From IMG/VR virus record IMGVR_UViG_3300030376_006394, positions 21,212 through 85,211 of that record: 64,000 nt of DNA; one strand, given 5' to 3'. This document shows, one piece after another, positions 54,218-64,000 of this stretch (within the stretch, counting starts at the first letter, position 1; the number at the start of each line of letters is the position of its first letter). Source of the stretch: a virus. Lineage: Duplodnaviria > Caudoviricetes. A program made the translations under genes and the position numbers. A model generated the notes under the pieces. The model made no database searches. It saw only the letters and a list, made by a program, of their open reading frames with translations, and was not told the origin of the DNA.

Positions 54218-55750
54218 TTATCTCCATTCAATTTGTGCTCCCCCTCGTTTCATTAGACCCTGTACAACTATGTTAAGTGAATCAGCACAGTCATCATGAG
54301 GGGAATGACCAAAGTTGACGACTTCATCAACCATGTAACTGAAATCACGATATTTATTGAAAATAATCTTCTTACCCTGAAAGAGACCAATAATCCCTCT
54401 AAGGCGAGCAAGCTTGTCTCCCCTAAAACCTTTTACAGGACTGACACTTAAATTATAGAGCTGCCACTCATTAAAAAGAATCCTCTTCATATCTCCTTCA
54501 AAACTCTTCTGATAGGCAACGACTTCAGGCCATATCACAACAGGAGAATCTGTTTGAAAATATTGACCATCATCATTCATAGTTAATAAATTCCACTCCA
54601 TCAATAGCTCACATAACGCTTCTATCTTTTCAATATTTCCCATCGACCGCATTCTCTTGTAGTCAATGATGTAAACCTTATCGTCAACACGTCCTGCAAG
54701 TGTGAAGACAGTCCAATCATTCCTCTCGCTCATTCCTGCTGAAAGGTCAATTCCAACACCCATTACGTCGTAATCATCTGGAACTTCACCTCTGACAAAC
54801 AATTCTGGAGATAATCCTAGTTCTGTTGTTTTGACTGGTTGATTTAAATACTGATAAGAAAAAGCAACTCGATCTTCTGCCTGTAATTTCAACAAATATT
54901 TAACCGACCACATCTCATCCCAATACGATTTTGGTGTCCCAGAATCTGTATAACTTAAAGCTCCTTGCGTAATCACCTTCCAACCACGCTTTTCACAGAA
55001 GGTAGTTGTAAATAAATCATCAAAATGGAACCTCGTACCAAGAGCAATTGCACGAGCCCCTTGGAACATAGTTGGAACAATTACGTTATTCCAGTTTGCC
55101 TCCATCTCTCGCCTGATGTCTGGGTTGGCGATTGCTGCTGCACTTTTGATTGCGTCATCAACGATGATCAGCGAACTACGTTTTGATGTAATCGTTCCTT
55201 TTAATCCAGCGCAGGCGACCGTAAAAGCATCTTCTCCTCTGACATCGATCTCAGCAAAATCGAAATCGATAGACCATAACTCATCGCTCGTGCGAGCCTT
55301 CGACAAACGAACTGTCGGAAAAATTTCCTGATATTCCTTGTTCATTATCAGGTTTTTTATCGCAGCACTCTTGTTCCTTGAAACATCAACGTTATAAGAA
55401 ACATAAAGAGTCCTTAGTAGCTTCTTTTGCTCCGCATGCCTGCCAATTAGCCATGCGACAAGCAAACCTATAACTGTTGATTTAGCACTGCCTCTAGGGC
55501 TTAACAAGCAAGTATTAGGACCAGCAATATCTGATAAATGTTCATTGCTCTGACCTGTTAAGAATTCTCGATGCCATGCCTTCATATGACGGGCTGGCTT
55601 CTTACCCATAAACTCGCAAAAATAAGAAAAGCTTTCTCTTGCTTTTAATAATTTAGGATCTACAACTTGTACTTCTGGTTCTGTTTTTATTGCTTTTGCA
55701 GCTAGTTGTGCGCTACGTCTTCTAGCTAATGCAATAGAGGAATTTGGCAT
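54218..55750 (-). CDS. terL: Terminase large subunit
   Basis: Walker A SPRGSAKST, Walker B IIVDD, coupling motif LGTRF, nuclease GIDLS and HDDCADS. Confidence 0.93.
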   Translation of the reverse strand: MPNSSIALARRRSAQLAAKAIKTEPEVQVVDPKLLKARESFSYFCEFMGKKPARHMKAWHREFLTGQSNEHLSDIAGPNTCLLSPRGSAKSTVIGLLVAWLIGRHAEQKKLLRTLYVSYNVDVSRNKSAAIKNLIMNKEYQEIFPTVRLSKARTSDELWSIDFDFAEIDVRGEDAFTVACAGLKGTITSKRSSLIIVDDAIKSAAAIANPDIRREMEANWNNVIVPTMFQGARAIALGTRFHFDDLFTTTFCEKRGWKVITQGALSYTDSGTPKSYWDEMWSVKYLLKLQAEDRVAFSYQYLNQPVKTTELGLSPELFVRGEVPDDYDVMGVGIDLSAGMSERNDWTVFTLAGRVDDKVYIIDYKRMRSMGNIEKIEALCELLMEWNLLTMNDDGQYFQTDSPVVIWPEVVAYQKSFEGDMKRILFNEWQLYNLSVSPVKGFRGDKLARLRGIIGLFQGKKIIFNKYRDFSYMVDEVVNFGHSPHDDCADSLNIVVQGLMKRGGAQIEWR

Positions 55751-55753
55751 ACG

Positions 55754-55993
55754 CTATGAAAGGATAATTCTTTGTTTTGTTCTCCAACCTTTCCTATCTA
55801 CGTACTCGGAAAACTCAGCCTTTGCTTCTGGAGTCAGGTATCCAAAGATTCGATTTAAAGCATGTTTTAAGGCATAATTCTTATCATCGAACTTCTCAAG
55901 TTCCAACCCCCCTTGCAAGGCACAACAAGCATCCAAAAGATCGTACATTGGTATTTCTCGTACCACTTGCTGTTGCTTTCCATCCATCCTCAC
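55754..55993 (-). CDS. Hypothetical protein
   Basis: 79-aa ORF abutting terL. Confidence 0.6.
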   Translation of the reverse strand: MRMDGKQQQVVREIPMYDLLDACCALQGGLELEKFDDKNYALKHALNRIFGYLTPEAKAEFSEYVDRKGWRTKQRIILS

Positions 55994-56052
55994 CTCTTCA
56001 GGGTTTCCCCTAAAGTTTAAATGTTTTCCCTATATTATGAGGATTATCTCTG

Positions 56053-56235
56053 CTAACTCGTCGTAACTTTTTCGACAACTCTTAATAAGCCATCAGCGTA
56101 GAATCCTAAAAGACTAAAACCGATAGCCATAGATATTAATGTTGCATTCTTATTATGTTGATCAATAGCAGCATCGATCATCTCTTTAACTTCAGCTTTA
56201 TTCACGAGCTTCAAGTTTAATGGATTAGCGTTCAT
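56053..56235 (-). CDS. Small membrane protein
   Basis: EVKEMIDAAIDQHNKNATLISMAIGFSLLGFYADGL. Confidence 0.65.
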   Translation of the reverse strand: MNANPLNLKLVNKAEVKEMIDAAIDQHNKNATLISMAIGFSLLGFYADGLLRVVEKVTTS

Positions 56236-56734
56236 CGACTAGCAATTGCCACACTGATTCATATGCTAAATCCAATGCTTTAATAACGTCGTCATTTCCT
56301 TTAAATATAGATTTTAATTCTCTCATCACTTTGTCTGCACCCGACAGGACTAAACCTCTTCGATCTGCTGATTTTGTCATCCTCTCAACCTCTACAACAT
56401 GTCCTCTTAGTTCCTTAGAAAGGTGCGCAATCCTAGTCGCAGCCGAGTCTGGCTTAACAATATCGGCCTGAACTTGTTGCCTTAAAAAATCGATATCTGC
56501 CTCTAATTTGACAATTTCTGCCAACATTAGTTCTCTTCTGTTTAACTTGGGATAAAAACATTTGACCCACTTTTCTAGCGCAATAAATCCATCGTCGTAG
56601 CCAAGTAGACCTGCATAAAGATATATCTCATAAATAGAATATGTATTCTCTACATAAGACAAGAATGCCTCCCTTTGCCCGTGATCTAAAGCATTTAAAA
56701 ATGCCTTAATCTCGGTCGGTATTTCCTTTACCAT
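56225..56734 (-). CDS. Helical protein, possible terminase small subunit
   Basis: All-helical 169 aa shortly upstream of terL; the call is mainly positional. Confidence 0.45.
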   Translation of the reverse strand: MVKEIPTEIKAFLNALDHGQREAFLSYVENTYSIYEIYLYAGLLGYDDGFIALEKWVKCFYPKLNRRELMLAEIVKLEADIDFLRQQVQADIVKPDSAATRIAHLSKELRGHVVEVERMTKSADRRGLVLSGADKVMRELKSIFKGNDDVIKALDLAYESVWQLLVDER

Positions 56735-56783
56735 TTTCTCCTGATTCTATTGAATGAATCCTTCTTCCTGCGTCCTTTATTTA

Positions 56784-58412
56784 TCAACCAAAGAATCTGG
56801 AACCCGACCTTCTGATTGCTCCTCTTGCATCTGCTCTCATCTTGCGATCTTCACGATACCTATCTCTTTGAGTCTTACGCTCTTGATCTCCTTTCTCTCT
56901 AGTCAGCATACGATCTTGTATCCCCTGTGCTGCCATACCCATTCGATCCTGAGAACCTTGTTCCATCATCCCTGCTCTGTTCTCTTGCCCTGCGACGCGC
57001 ATTCCCTTTCTATCCTGGTCACCTTGGGTTTTTATCCCCGCTCTATTCTCTTGACCTGCGACGCGTAAACCTCTTCTTTCTTGGTCTCCTCTTTCACCAA
57101 TCTGACGACTTTCTATATCGCCTTGCTGCCCCTGTAAATCCTTAATGATTCCACCCTCCGCAGCCATTAGCTTCATCGTATTGCCTGTCTTCAGATTCTC
57201 TAATCCACCAATATATTCTGCACGTTGAGACATCTGACCTTTTTGGTATAAAAGATCAAGCCCCATGTTCATCATGGTTTGACTGGAATCAAGTTTTGCA
57301 CCTGATATATATCCTTGAATCGCTTTATTATCCTTGAACTTATTACCCCAATCGACCATATTTCCCCAGCCCTGATTAAAAAGATTCCCTCCGAATGTTG
57401 CTGGTTGGTACTTACCAAAATCCGAAGATTTTTTTGCAGCACCTTTCGATGTACCTTGGTTCGCATTAGCTGCTGTTGGGGTGTACCTCGACATGTCGGC
57501 TGGAGCGTACTGAGTCGGTGCGTATGAAGTCGTCAAGCTTGGAGTAGCAGCAGCTTTCTTCGCAGGAGCTGCTTTCTGTACTGGCTTACCGAATCCACTA
57601 AAGCCACTCGCCTGATTAGCTAGTTGCCAACCCGTACCTGCCTTGGGAGATTTACCAGCGGTAACCGATGTTTTCTGACCTGTCGTTGGATTTACGTATT
57701 GCTGCATTACCATCAAACTTGCCTGACCAGGAGCGACGTTTGATTCGAAATCCCTATCAGCTATTTCCTTGTTAAAACCACCACCACTATTGATCTTCTT
57801 TTGGTTTTCATCAGTGTAAAAATCTAACCAACCACCAAAATTGTCACCCCCTCTTCCAGTACCAGGCTTCTTAGGTCTACCAGGCAATTCTGCTTCGGGA
57901 GGTTTGGGAATCCCTATTACAGGATCGCCGTCTTCCCGTGGCCTTTGGCCTCGCCAACCTTCGTCTGTTGCTGGAGGTCTAGTTCTCCCTTTGTCTTGTT
58001 GTCTGTATTTCCTAGCTTCGTCTGAACCGAAAATACTCTCCTGTATTTGTTCTCTACTTTTTCCAGATTTTAGTTCGTTATCCCAATACGCCATTCCTTC
58101 TGCATCTCCCTCTCTTCCGAGAAGATCCATGTAGGTATTCTTCAGGAAACGAGTACGACCTTCATCTGAGCCTTGAATATTCTTGATGACCTGATCAATG
58201 GTTTGGTTGCCTGTATCTAGTTGATTCGTCCAATAATCAAGACCTTCCTTATCTGCTTCTCGACCTAATTCCCGTTGATAGACTTCTTTTAATCGACCTC
58301 TATTGTCAATCCCAGGCTTGGGTCTAGGCCAAGTTCCAGGGAATCCAGGAAATCCAGGGAAATCACCGCCTCCAGGGTTTGACGGAAATCCAGGTAGCAT
58401 AATTGTTGACAT
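56784..58412 (-). CDS. Probable internal virion protein with two DUF4214-like repeats and 11-residue repeats
   Basis: GFP repeats, two Y..LGRE.D.EG..YW units, C-terminal GxQ(E/D)R periodic repeats. Confidence 0.7.
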   Translation of the reverse strand: MSTIMLPGFPSNPGGGDFPGFPGFPGTWPRPKPGIDNRGRLKEVYQRELGREADKEGLDYWTNQLDTGNQTIDQVIKNIQGSDEGRTRFLKNTYMDLLGREGDAEGMAYWDNELKSGKSREQIQESIFGSDEARKYRQQDKGRTRPPATDEGWRGQRPREDGDPVIGIPKPPEAELPGRPKKPGTGRGGDNFGGWLDFYTDENQKKINSGGGFNKEIADRDFESNVAPGQASLMVMQQYVNPTTGQKTSVTAGKSPKAGTGWQLANQASGFSGFGKPVQKAAPAKKAAATPSLTTSYAPTQYAPADMSRYTPTAANANQGTSKGAAKKSSDFGKYQPATFGGNLFNQGWGNMVDWGNKFKDNKAIQGYISGAKLDSSQTMMNMGLDLLYQKGQMSQRAEYIGGLENLKTGNTMKLMAAEGGIIKDLQGQQGDIESRQIGERGDQERRGLRVAGQENRAGIKTQGDQDRKGMRVAGQENRAGMMEQGSQDRMGMAAQGIQDRMLTREKGDQERKTQRDRYREDRKMRADARGAIRRSGSRFFG

Positions 58413-58421
58413 AATTTCCTC

Positions 58422-58991
58422 CTACTGAATTTGAGTGAGAATAAGCAGATTTTTTACTAAATCCATGTTTTGCTGACGTGCGTTCCCTTGATTAATCTTG
58501 TTCAAAATATTGTCTTGCATGTCATAAGAAGAGCCGCCCATTATCCGCAAGTTGTTATCAGTATCAAAAGTCTTCCCCTCCCTTGACTGTCGAGCGATCA
58601 ATTCTGCTAGAGACTGTGGATTACCGTCTGAATCACGAAACTCGTCTCTCTTTCTGTGCATATCGTAGAGAGCCTCTACGTTTAACTCTTCTTTTGACTT
58701 CTTATCGATATCATATTTCCCTCCTTTCCCATCACCACCAAAAGGCCACCATTGGTTGTTCAATTTATCCTTAATCGTATTCTCTGTCTGAATAACGTCT
58801 TGCTTTAAACTATTCAACTCACCACGTTTTACATCAATCTCACCTAAGAGCTGATTAAACTGATCATCACTTATTCCTGCACTGTTGTTAGGGGTGTAGG
58901 TTGGTTGCTCTGATGGTGGCCTCCATGTTTCAGTCTGGGGGTCATACCCCTCGATCTGTAGAGCTTTTAACCTTTCCTGTAATTTGCTCAT
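58422..58991 (-). CDS. Hypothetical protein, probable internal virion protein
   Basis: 189-aa coiled-coil ORF. Confidence 0.65.
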   Translation of the reverse strand: MSKLQERLKALQIEGYDPQTETWRPPSEQPTYTPNNSAGISDDQFNQLLGEIDVKRGELNSLKQDVIQTENTIKDKLNNQWWPFGGDGKGGKYDIDKKSKEELNVEALYDMHRKRDEFRDSDGNPQSLAELIARQSREGKTFDTDNNLRIMGGSSYDMQDNILNKINQGNARQQNMDLVKNLLILTQIQ

Positions 58992-58993
58992 CC

Positions 58994-59554
58994 TTACTTA
59001 GTTGGAGGTTTCCAACCCATCTCCTCTAAGAGTTTCAGGGTTTTTTGATCTAATAATCCTTTTGATTCTAATTGACTCCCAGAAGTAGGTATTGGAATAT
59101 TTGTATCTAACTTATATAAATTAGATAATGGGTCACCTGCTCTATTTGCTTCGTTCCACTTATTCGTCATTCCAATCGACTCTTTTATAAAACCTGGTTC
59201 TGGTAATCCTGATGCAATTGCATTGTAATTTTGTATACCAGAAAGCAGGCTAGATGATCCTCCAGATTTTCCACTATTCATCAAATTCACTAACAAGTTA
59301 TTTTTCTTCTCTTTTGCTGTTTGCTCCAATGTTGCCATTAAGACATCATTGATCATTTCTCTTTCTTTTAAATCTCCTTCAATTCCTAAAGCCTTTGCCG
59401 CTAAATTGCCTGCAAGTGCTTGGTTCTGAGCTTGTATTGATCCCATTAAAGCCTTACCGTCCTCTGACAGTAATCCAGCTTCCCCTAGAGACTTGAAGCC
59501 GTACTTACCGCTATCAAAGCCCTGTGCGTATGCTGCTGCTGTATTGAATGTCAT
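58994..59554 (-). CDS. Hypothetical protein, probable internal virion protein
   Basis: 186-aa helical ORF. Confidence 0.65.
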   Translation of the reverse strand: MTFNTAAAYAQGFDSGKYGFKSLGEAGLLSEDGKALMGSIQAQNQALAGNLAAKALGIEGDLKEREMINDVLMATLEQTAKEKKNNLLVNLMNSGKSGGSSSLLSGIQNYNAIASGLPEPGFIKESIGMTNKWNEANRAGDPLSNLYKLDTNIPIPTSGSQLESKGLLDQKTLKLLEEMGWKPPTK

Positions 59555-60063
59555 TAATACCCTGTAAGAGAATTCATATAGCTATTGAAAATTGCTGCTT
59601 CTCTTTGCTTCTGTAACTGATCATTTCTCTGGACGTTTAAAACTTCATTCATTGCTTCTGCTTGTGCCATATCAATTTCGTTCTGTCTCTTAATCTGTCT
59701 AACTTTGTGATCTGTGACTCCATCTGGATTTAGACCTTCGTATATTCCACCACCCGCTTCCTTACCAACCTTGCCGACATAAGGAGCAGCCAATGCGGCA
59801 ATGATAGGAACTGCTGGTGCTGCTGGTGTTTTTAATAAGGGTGTGAGTAATTTCATCGTTCCCATAAAACCAGCACCGTAGCCACCTAATGTACCTAACG
59901 CTTCTGCTGCGTTTTTACCGAAAGGATCATTCCTGTCGGTCAAGTTGCTAAGTGCATCTACCCCTGCAAAGGTGACTCCAAGTCTTGGACCTAAAGCTCC
60001 CATTGCTTTAACAAATCCAGCACCTCCTGCTTTTGGAATTACTGTTGGATTAATTACTTCCAA
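59554..60063 (-). CDS. Glycine-zipper protein, probable ejection protein
   Basis: GTLGGYGAG...VGKEAGGG followed by a coiled coil. Confidence 0.65.
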   Translation of the reverse strand: MEVINPTVIPKAGGAGFVKAMGALGPRLGVTFAGVDALSNLTDRNDPFGKNAAEALGTLGGYGAGFMGTMKLLTPLLKTPAAPAVPIIAALAAPYVGKVGKEAGGGIYEGLNPDGVTDHKVRQIKRQNEIDMAQAEAMNEVLNVQRNDQLQKQREAAIFNSYMNSLTGY

Positions 60064-60106
60064 GACACTACGAATCTACATATACCTCAATTCTAGTAGT
60101 TATTAA

Positions 60107-60529
60107 CTATGCAACTGGTACACCTTGCGATGCCGCGTATAATTTCAACCCTGTTGAGACTAAACCCATCAAACCGGAACCGCTCTTCTTTTTCTGTGCT
60201 CTTTGGAGTGCTTCTATTTGTTCTTTCTTTTTTCCTGCTGCGTAGAGCTGATCTTCGTAATACTGAATATCCGCAATATCTTGTACTGCATTTGCTTGTT
60301 CCTTAAAAGCATCTGCGTAAAGAGCTTGTTTCCCCTGGTTCCCAGAGATACTTTCAATTCCAGAAAATTCTTCATCCTGATAATCCTTGTCTGCGTAGTG
60401 TTTCTTAGAAGAATCAAAGTCAGAAGTCATGAAGTTCATTGCTCCTACCTTGCTGGACGCTTCTCTTTTTTCTTTTTGCTTCTCTTTCCAAAAATCAAGA
60501 GGATCGAATGGTGCAGTCATTAGCCCCAC
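60107..60529 (-). CDS. Hypothetical protein, probable internal virion protein
   Basis: 140-aa ORF ending in an amphipathic Gly-rich helix. Confidence 0.6.
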   Translation of the reverse strand: MGLMTAPFDPLDFWKEKQKEKREASSKVGAMNFMTSDFDSSKKHYADKDYQDEEFSGIESISGNQGKQALYADAFKEQANAVQDIADIQYYEDQLYAAGKKKEQIEALQRAQKKKSGSGLMGLVSTGLKLYAASQGVPVA

Positions 60530-60870
60530 CCCGACAAGATATCACCAAGTCCTTTCGTGACTGGTGCTTTGTCTTTAAAGCTATTAAATAATCCCAGATC
60601 ATCCAAACTTCCAACAATACCTAAACCTTGCTCTAATTGTGAATTAAAGATATCACTATCAGTTAAACCGTATTGCATCTTTGCCATATTAAGAGCAGCG
60701 TCTGCATCTTGATCTGCAATCTTTCTTGAATACTCACTTTTTAATTTAGTTCTTTCTAGTGCGGTCTTTGCAGCTCTATTAATGCTATCTAGCTGAGACA
60801 TACCGTCCAAGCCATCGCTAGACAATACGCCATCTTTTATAGATTTAAAATCTAGTCCACCAAAAGCCAT
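60520..60870 (-). CDS. Hypothetical protein, probable internal virion protein
   Basis: 116-aa helical ORF. Confidence 0.6.
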   Translation of the reverse strand: MAFGGLDFKSIKDGVLSSDGLDGMSQLDSINRAAKTALERTKLKSEYSRKIADQDADAALNMAKMQYGLTDSDIFNSQLEQGLGIVGSLDDLGLFNSFKDKAPVTKGLGDILSGWG

Positions 60871-60876
60871 GAGTTT

Positions 60877-62220
60877 TTACACGTCCTCCTGAGACATTCC
60901 TCGTCTCCCTAATTCTAGAGCTTGTCCAACTAGACCTGCTCCACCGCCATAAAGTGAGCCATAAAGTAGCGATTGACCTAAAGCTTGACCTTGATTTTTC
61001 TTTTCCAAATCCTTTAAGTCTCTCTCTAGCTTTTGTGATTTTTCCTTTGTTTGCTTGTATGTTGCAGGATCAATTTCTGGACTGATATTTTCTAGGTCTC
61101 GTTGTATTCTTGCTCCTTCATTTCTTAATTTTTCCGCTCTTTGTAAGTCTCCTGATTCTTGCAATCTTCTACCCGCAGTTCTAATACCTCTTCTAATTCC
61201 TGCAACTGCTGCTGCTGTTGGCAATATGCCAGTTAATACAGGAATCGACTTACCCATAAAGTTGACTTCTGGACCATGAATACCATCTGTCGTTGCCCTT
61301 AATGCTCCTAATACATTGAGATCTCCATCGAGTGGATTTAGATCTGTCTGTTTATTGAATAAATACGCCTTATATCTGTTGTATTCCCCTTGAGAAACAT
61401 CAGGTCTTTCTTTAGCGAATTCTGCGTAGGGGAGAAGCTTACCTGTTCTACCGAGGAAGTATCTGCTAACTGCCTCTGCTACTGGCTCATCTGTTTTCCT
61501 TGGATCTGCATCACTTGGTAAGACCGTTTTATATCCAGCAGGTCTGCCAATATTTCCAATTGCAGTAGACATTGCTACCACGGCTGGTGCTGTTGCAGCC
61601 ATCCTTAATTGCCTATTTCTAATTAAAGTCGGATTCTCCAAGCCTTGTACATATGGCTGAGCAGCCGAATGGACTGCTTGTAACCCAGCAATATTGGCAA
61701 CTGCTTGTGGGGCATTTAAAAACCACCAAATATTTCTGAGTCCATCACCCATTGCATCGGCTGTTGCAACTCCTGCCGTCTGAGCCGCCTTCGCCCTGAA
61801 GCTATCTGTTGTTGCCTCTGGTCCAGCTTTGGTTCTGTACTTCCCAGCCTCTACTGTGTTCTGTCTAACATTTTCGTTTGCCGCACGTATATCTTCAATT
61901 CTTCGTTTTGTCTCGTTAGAGAAACCACCTAAAGGAATATCTCCAAGAGCATTCGCAAGTCTTCTTTGTAATCCAGCTTTATTGTCTAGATCTGCGTTAG
62001 GTAGTTGTGATTTTAAATCGTTATACCAATTCGTATTTCCAACTTTTTCTGGTAGCTGCTGTCTGATGTAATTCAGCAGTTGAGACTGATCGCCCATCTC
62101 AGCGAAAGGGCTTCTATTGACTCCAGTACCTATGTCAATATTTTTAGGATTAGATGTCGCAGCATCAGTAAAGATCCTTTTGAGATCTTCCCAACTTGGA
62201 TCAAAACGAGCTTCTGCCAT
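60877..62220 (-). CDS. Probable internal virion/ejection protein
   Basis: 447 aa, Ala/Gly-rich helices and coiled coil. Confidence 0.7.
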   Translation of the reverse strand: MAEARFDPSWEDLKRIFTDAATSNPKNIDIGTGVNRSPFAEMGDQSQLLNYIRQQLPEKVGNTNWYNDLKSQLPNADLDNKAGLQRRLANALGDIPLGGFSNETKRRIEDIRAANENVRQNTVEAGKYRTKAGPEATTDSFRAKAAQTAGVATADAMGDGLRNIWWFLNAPQAVANIAGLQAVHSAAQPYVQGLENPTLIRNRQLRMAATAPAVVAMSTAIGNIGRPAGYKTVLPSDADPRKTDEPVAEAVSRYFLGRTGKLLPYAEFAKERPDVSQGEYNRYKAYLFNKQTDLNPLDGDLNVLGALRATTDGIHGPEVNFMGKSIPVLTGILPTAAAVAGIRRGIRTAGRRLQESGDLQRAEKLRNEGARIQRDLENISPEIDPATYKQTKEKSQKLERDLKDLEKKNQGQALGQSLLYGSLYGGGAGLVGQALELGRRGMSQEDV

Positions 62221-62777
62221 TACATCACTGTCCTTCTAGCTAAAGCTGCTGAAGGAGGCAGATTACCAAGGCCAACAGCGAGACCGCCACCTGCAATTAA
62301 TGCAGCAACCGCAGCTTCCAACTTCTCTCTTTCTTCTGCTCTGATTTGTGCTTCTACTAATTGCTGCTGTTCTAGTCCTGACTTTTGTAATGCACCTGTA
62401 TACAGAGGTCTTGGTGCGACCATTTGAGCCACGCCCGCCGCAAGGTCGCCACCAGTCTGTAATCCTTCTGCCAATGCTGGATTCTTATATTTCGCTGCCA
62501 ACCTATTTCCTAATTTTCTACCGCCATACTGTCCAACACCTGAACTTAATAAATTAATCCCTAAGTCCTCTACGAATGCACCAGCTCTATCTCCCGCCGA
62601 TGCGCCTTCGGGTAATGTTGATGCTGCGAATACTGGGTAGGCAATATCAGGTCCATACCTCAAAATTGTATTAATAGACGAAGCACCCGTGGAGAAATCT
62701 GGTTTAACAACTTTCCAAAAATCCTTACCAGCTCTTCCCAGTAGTTTTGCAAGTTTTTGTGCAGCAAATGCTTTCAT
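62220..62777 (-). CDS. Probable internal virion protein
   Basis: 185 aa, Gly-zipper-like segments. Confidence 0.65.
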   Translation of the reverse strand: MKAFAAQKLAKLLGRAGKDFWKVVKPDFSTGASSINTILRYGPDIAYPVFAASTLPEGASAGDRAGAFVEDLGINLLSSGVGQYGGRKLGNRLAAKYKNPALAEGLQTGGDLAAGVAQMVAPRPLYTGALQKSGLEQQQLVEAQIRAEEREKLEAAVAALIAGGGLAVGLGNLPPSAALARRTVM

Positions 62778-63076
62778 ACCATTGGCTCCTCTGGTGCTCC
62801 GAATAGGTCGTAGTTCAGTCGGCTATTGAAAAACTGCTGTGCAATGGTACTTGCTTTCTCTTGGTTTCCTGGCTGCATAAGCCATTGACCAAATTCACCC
62901 TCAAGACCAAGACCACGCCCTGCCATTTCTGTTTTATGAAATTCTGGATCAGTAGGTTTTCTAGGTGAACCAGAAACATAGCCTGCTGGACCTGGCTGTT
63001 CTTTCAGAATGTCTTGATTAGCTCTTGCCGCATTTAAGATACTTCTCGTATCTTTATTGTCGTATCCAAAAGCCAC
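62774..63076 (-). CDS. Hypothetical protein
   Basis: 100-aa ORF. Confidence 0.6.
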   Translation of the reverse strand: MAFGYDNKDTRSILNAARANQDILKEQPGPAGYVSGSPRKPTDPEFHKTEMAGRGLGLEGEFGQWLMQPGNQEKASTIAQQFFNSRLNYDLFGAPEEPMV

Positions 63077-63104
63077 ACTAATACAGCACTATTTATTACT
63101 TATC

Positions 63105-63356
63105 TTAACTGTTCTCTTTTTTCGAAATTATATTTTTGTAGAAGTTAGCTTTCCTTACCATCTTTGGTGAGTAGCTATCCCGCTTAGCGAGTACCTCTTT
63201 TGCGAATTTTAATCGTTCTGACGGAGAGTCATCATACCCAGCTTTAGTTGCAGCGGCTGAGAAAGTACCACCTGTTCCACCTTTACTGGCTGGTTTATTC
63301 ATCTTCTTAAAAGCCTGTGCAAGAGACTTTGCTTTTTCTTTTTTCTTATCGCTCAT
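63105..63356 (-). CDS. Small basic protein
   Basis: GTFSAAATKAG...KMVRKANFYKN. Confidence 0.65.
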   Translation of the reverse strand: MSDKKKEKAKSLAQAFKKMNKPASKGGTGGTFSAAATKAGYDDSPSERLKFAKEVLAKRDSYSPKMVRKANFYKNIISKKENS

Positions 63357-64000
63357 TAAAGACCTCTTCTTAATTTTGCAATGCGTTGAGCTTGTATAGC
63401 CATTGCACGATTCTGAAGATCACTTCCTAATTCTGCTCCAGTTAAGTTTGCAACAGCTCGATAATCTTTATAAGGAATTTCTCCGTTACTTGAAGCTGGT
63501 GCATTTAAAGCATTACTTGGTGGTAGGTACTTGGCACGTATTTCATCAGCCAAACTTAATTCTTTTCCAGTTAAGCCACGACCTACGACACCACCAAATC
63601 TTGGATCTGCGTCCATATAACTAGTGTTAACTCCTGTACCTCTCCACTTAGGATTGCCAGCTCCTACTGGATTTCGACCTTCTTCGCCAAACCTCGTACC
63701 TGAAACGTAATCATCACCTTTTAGTCCATACCCATTACCGTTATAAACTTCTTTCCTCACTTCTCCATTATCAGAGCCGCCATTTGTTGCCTCGTCATAA
63801 GGCTTGTCTATTGGTACGTCTTCGAACATTTCCTGTATATCCGCTGTACTTGACTTGCCATAATCTGCATCTGGTCCAATTGCTTCCTCGCTAAAGAGAT
63901 CTACTTCTCTTCCACCTGCTGATTGTTCTATAAGTGCTTGATTTAATAACGTCCTTGCATTACTTCCTTCTGGATGTCTGGAAGCAAAGTCGTTATATAT
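63356..64000 (-). CDS. 3' part of a larger gene that runs off the right edge
   Basis: The frame of ORF 63356-63829 stays open to base 64000 (IYNDFASRHPEG...DIQE-MFEDVP), so the listed ATG is probably internal. Confidence 0.7.
   Translation of the reverse strand: MYNDFASRHPEGSNARTLLNQALIEQSAGGREVDLFSEEAIGPDADYGKSSTADIQEMFEDVPIDKPYDEATNGGSDNGEVRKEVYNGNGYGLKGDDYVSGTRFGEEGRNPVGAGNPKWRGTGVNTSYMDADPRFGGVVGRGLTGKELSLADEIRAKYLPPSNALNAPASSNGEIPYKDYRAVANLTGAELGSDLQNRAMAIQAQRIAKLRRGL

Larger units (their letters stand above)
1..64000. mobile_element. Temperate-type cyanophage genome segment, podovirus-like morphogenesis module
   Basis: TerL, portal, capsid, tail fibres, endolysin, integrase plus attP and cyanophage auxiliary genes (psbA, hli, cp12, nblA); no host housekeeping operons on either side of the att core. 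Confidence 0.95.

Overview
The window is 64 kb of a roughly 40% GC marine cyanophage genome and is phage-like from end to end. The host is probably Prochlorococcus-like, judged from the D1 type. Left part (1-21 kb): DNA metabolism and control genes, namely a PD-(D/E)XK exonuclease, an XRE-type repressor, a VapE primase-helicase, dCMP deaminase, a dATP/dGTP diphosphohydrolase and HNH genes. It also holds host-derived genes (two hli, a DUF3288-like gene, nblA-like), degenerate ThyX, adenine-MTase and HNH homologues, and a module of exported proteins. An Xis-like gene, a tyrosine integrase and an intact-looking attP follow; the attP has a 43-bp core equal to the 3' half of initiator tRNA-Met, a terminator, arm-type repeats and phased 10-bp repeats. 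Right part (22-64 kb, mostly minus strand): morphogenesis genes, with several paralogous tail fibres and chaperones, adaptor, major capsid protein, scaffold, portal, terminase and a long run of probable internal virion proteins. No tail tube, sheath or tape measure is recognisable in the window. An island between scaffold and capsid genes carries psbA, a small outer-membrane beta-barrel, a two-domain endolysin, a mini-CP12 preceded by a structured RNA candidate, and two LAGLIDADG-like genes. All family calls come from motif recognition by eye; no database search or folding program was run.
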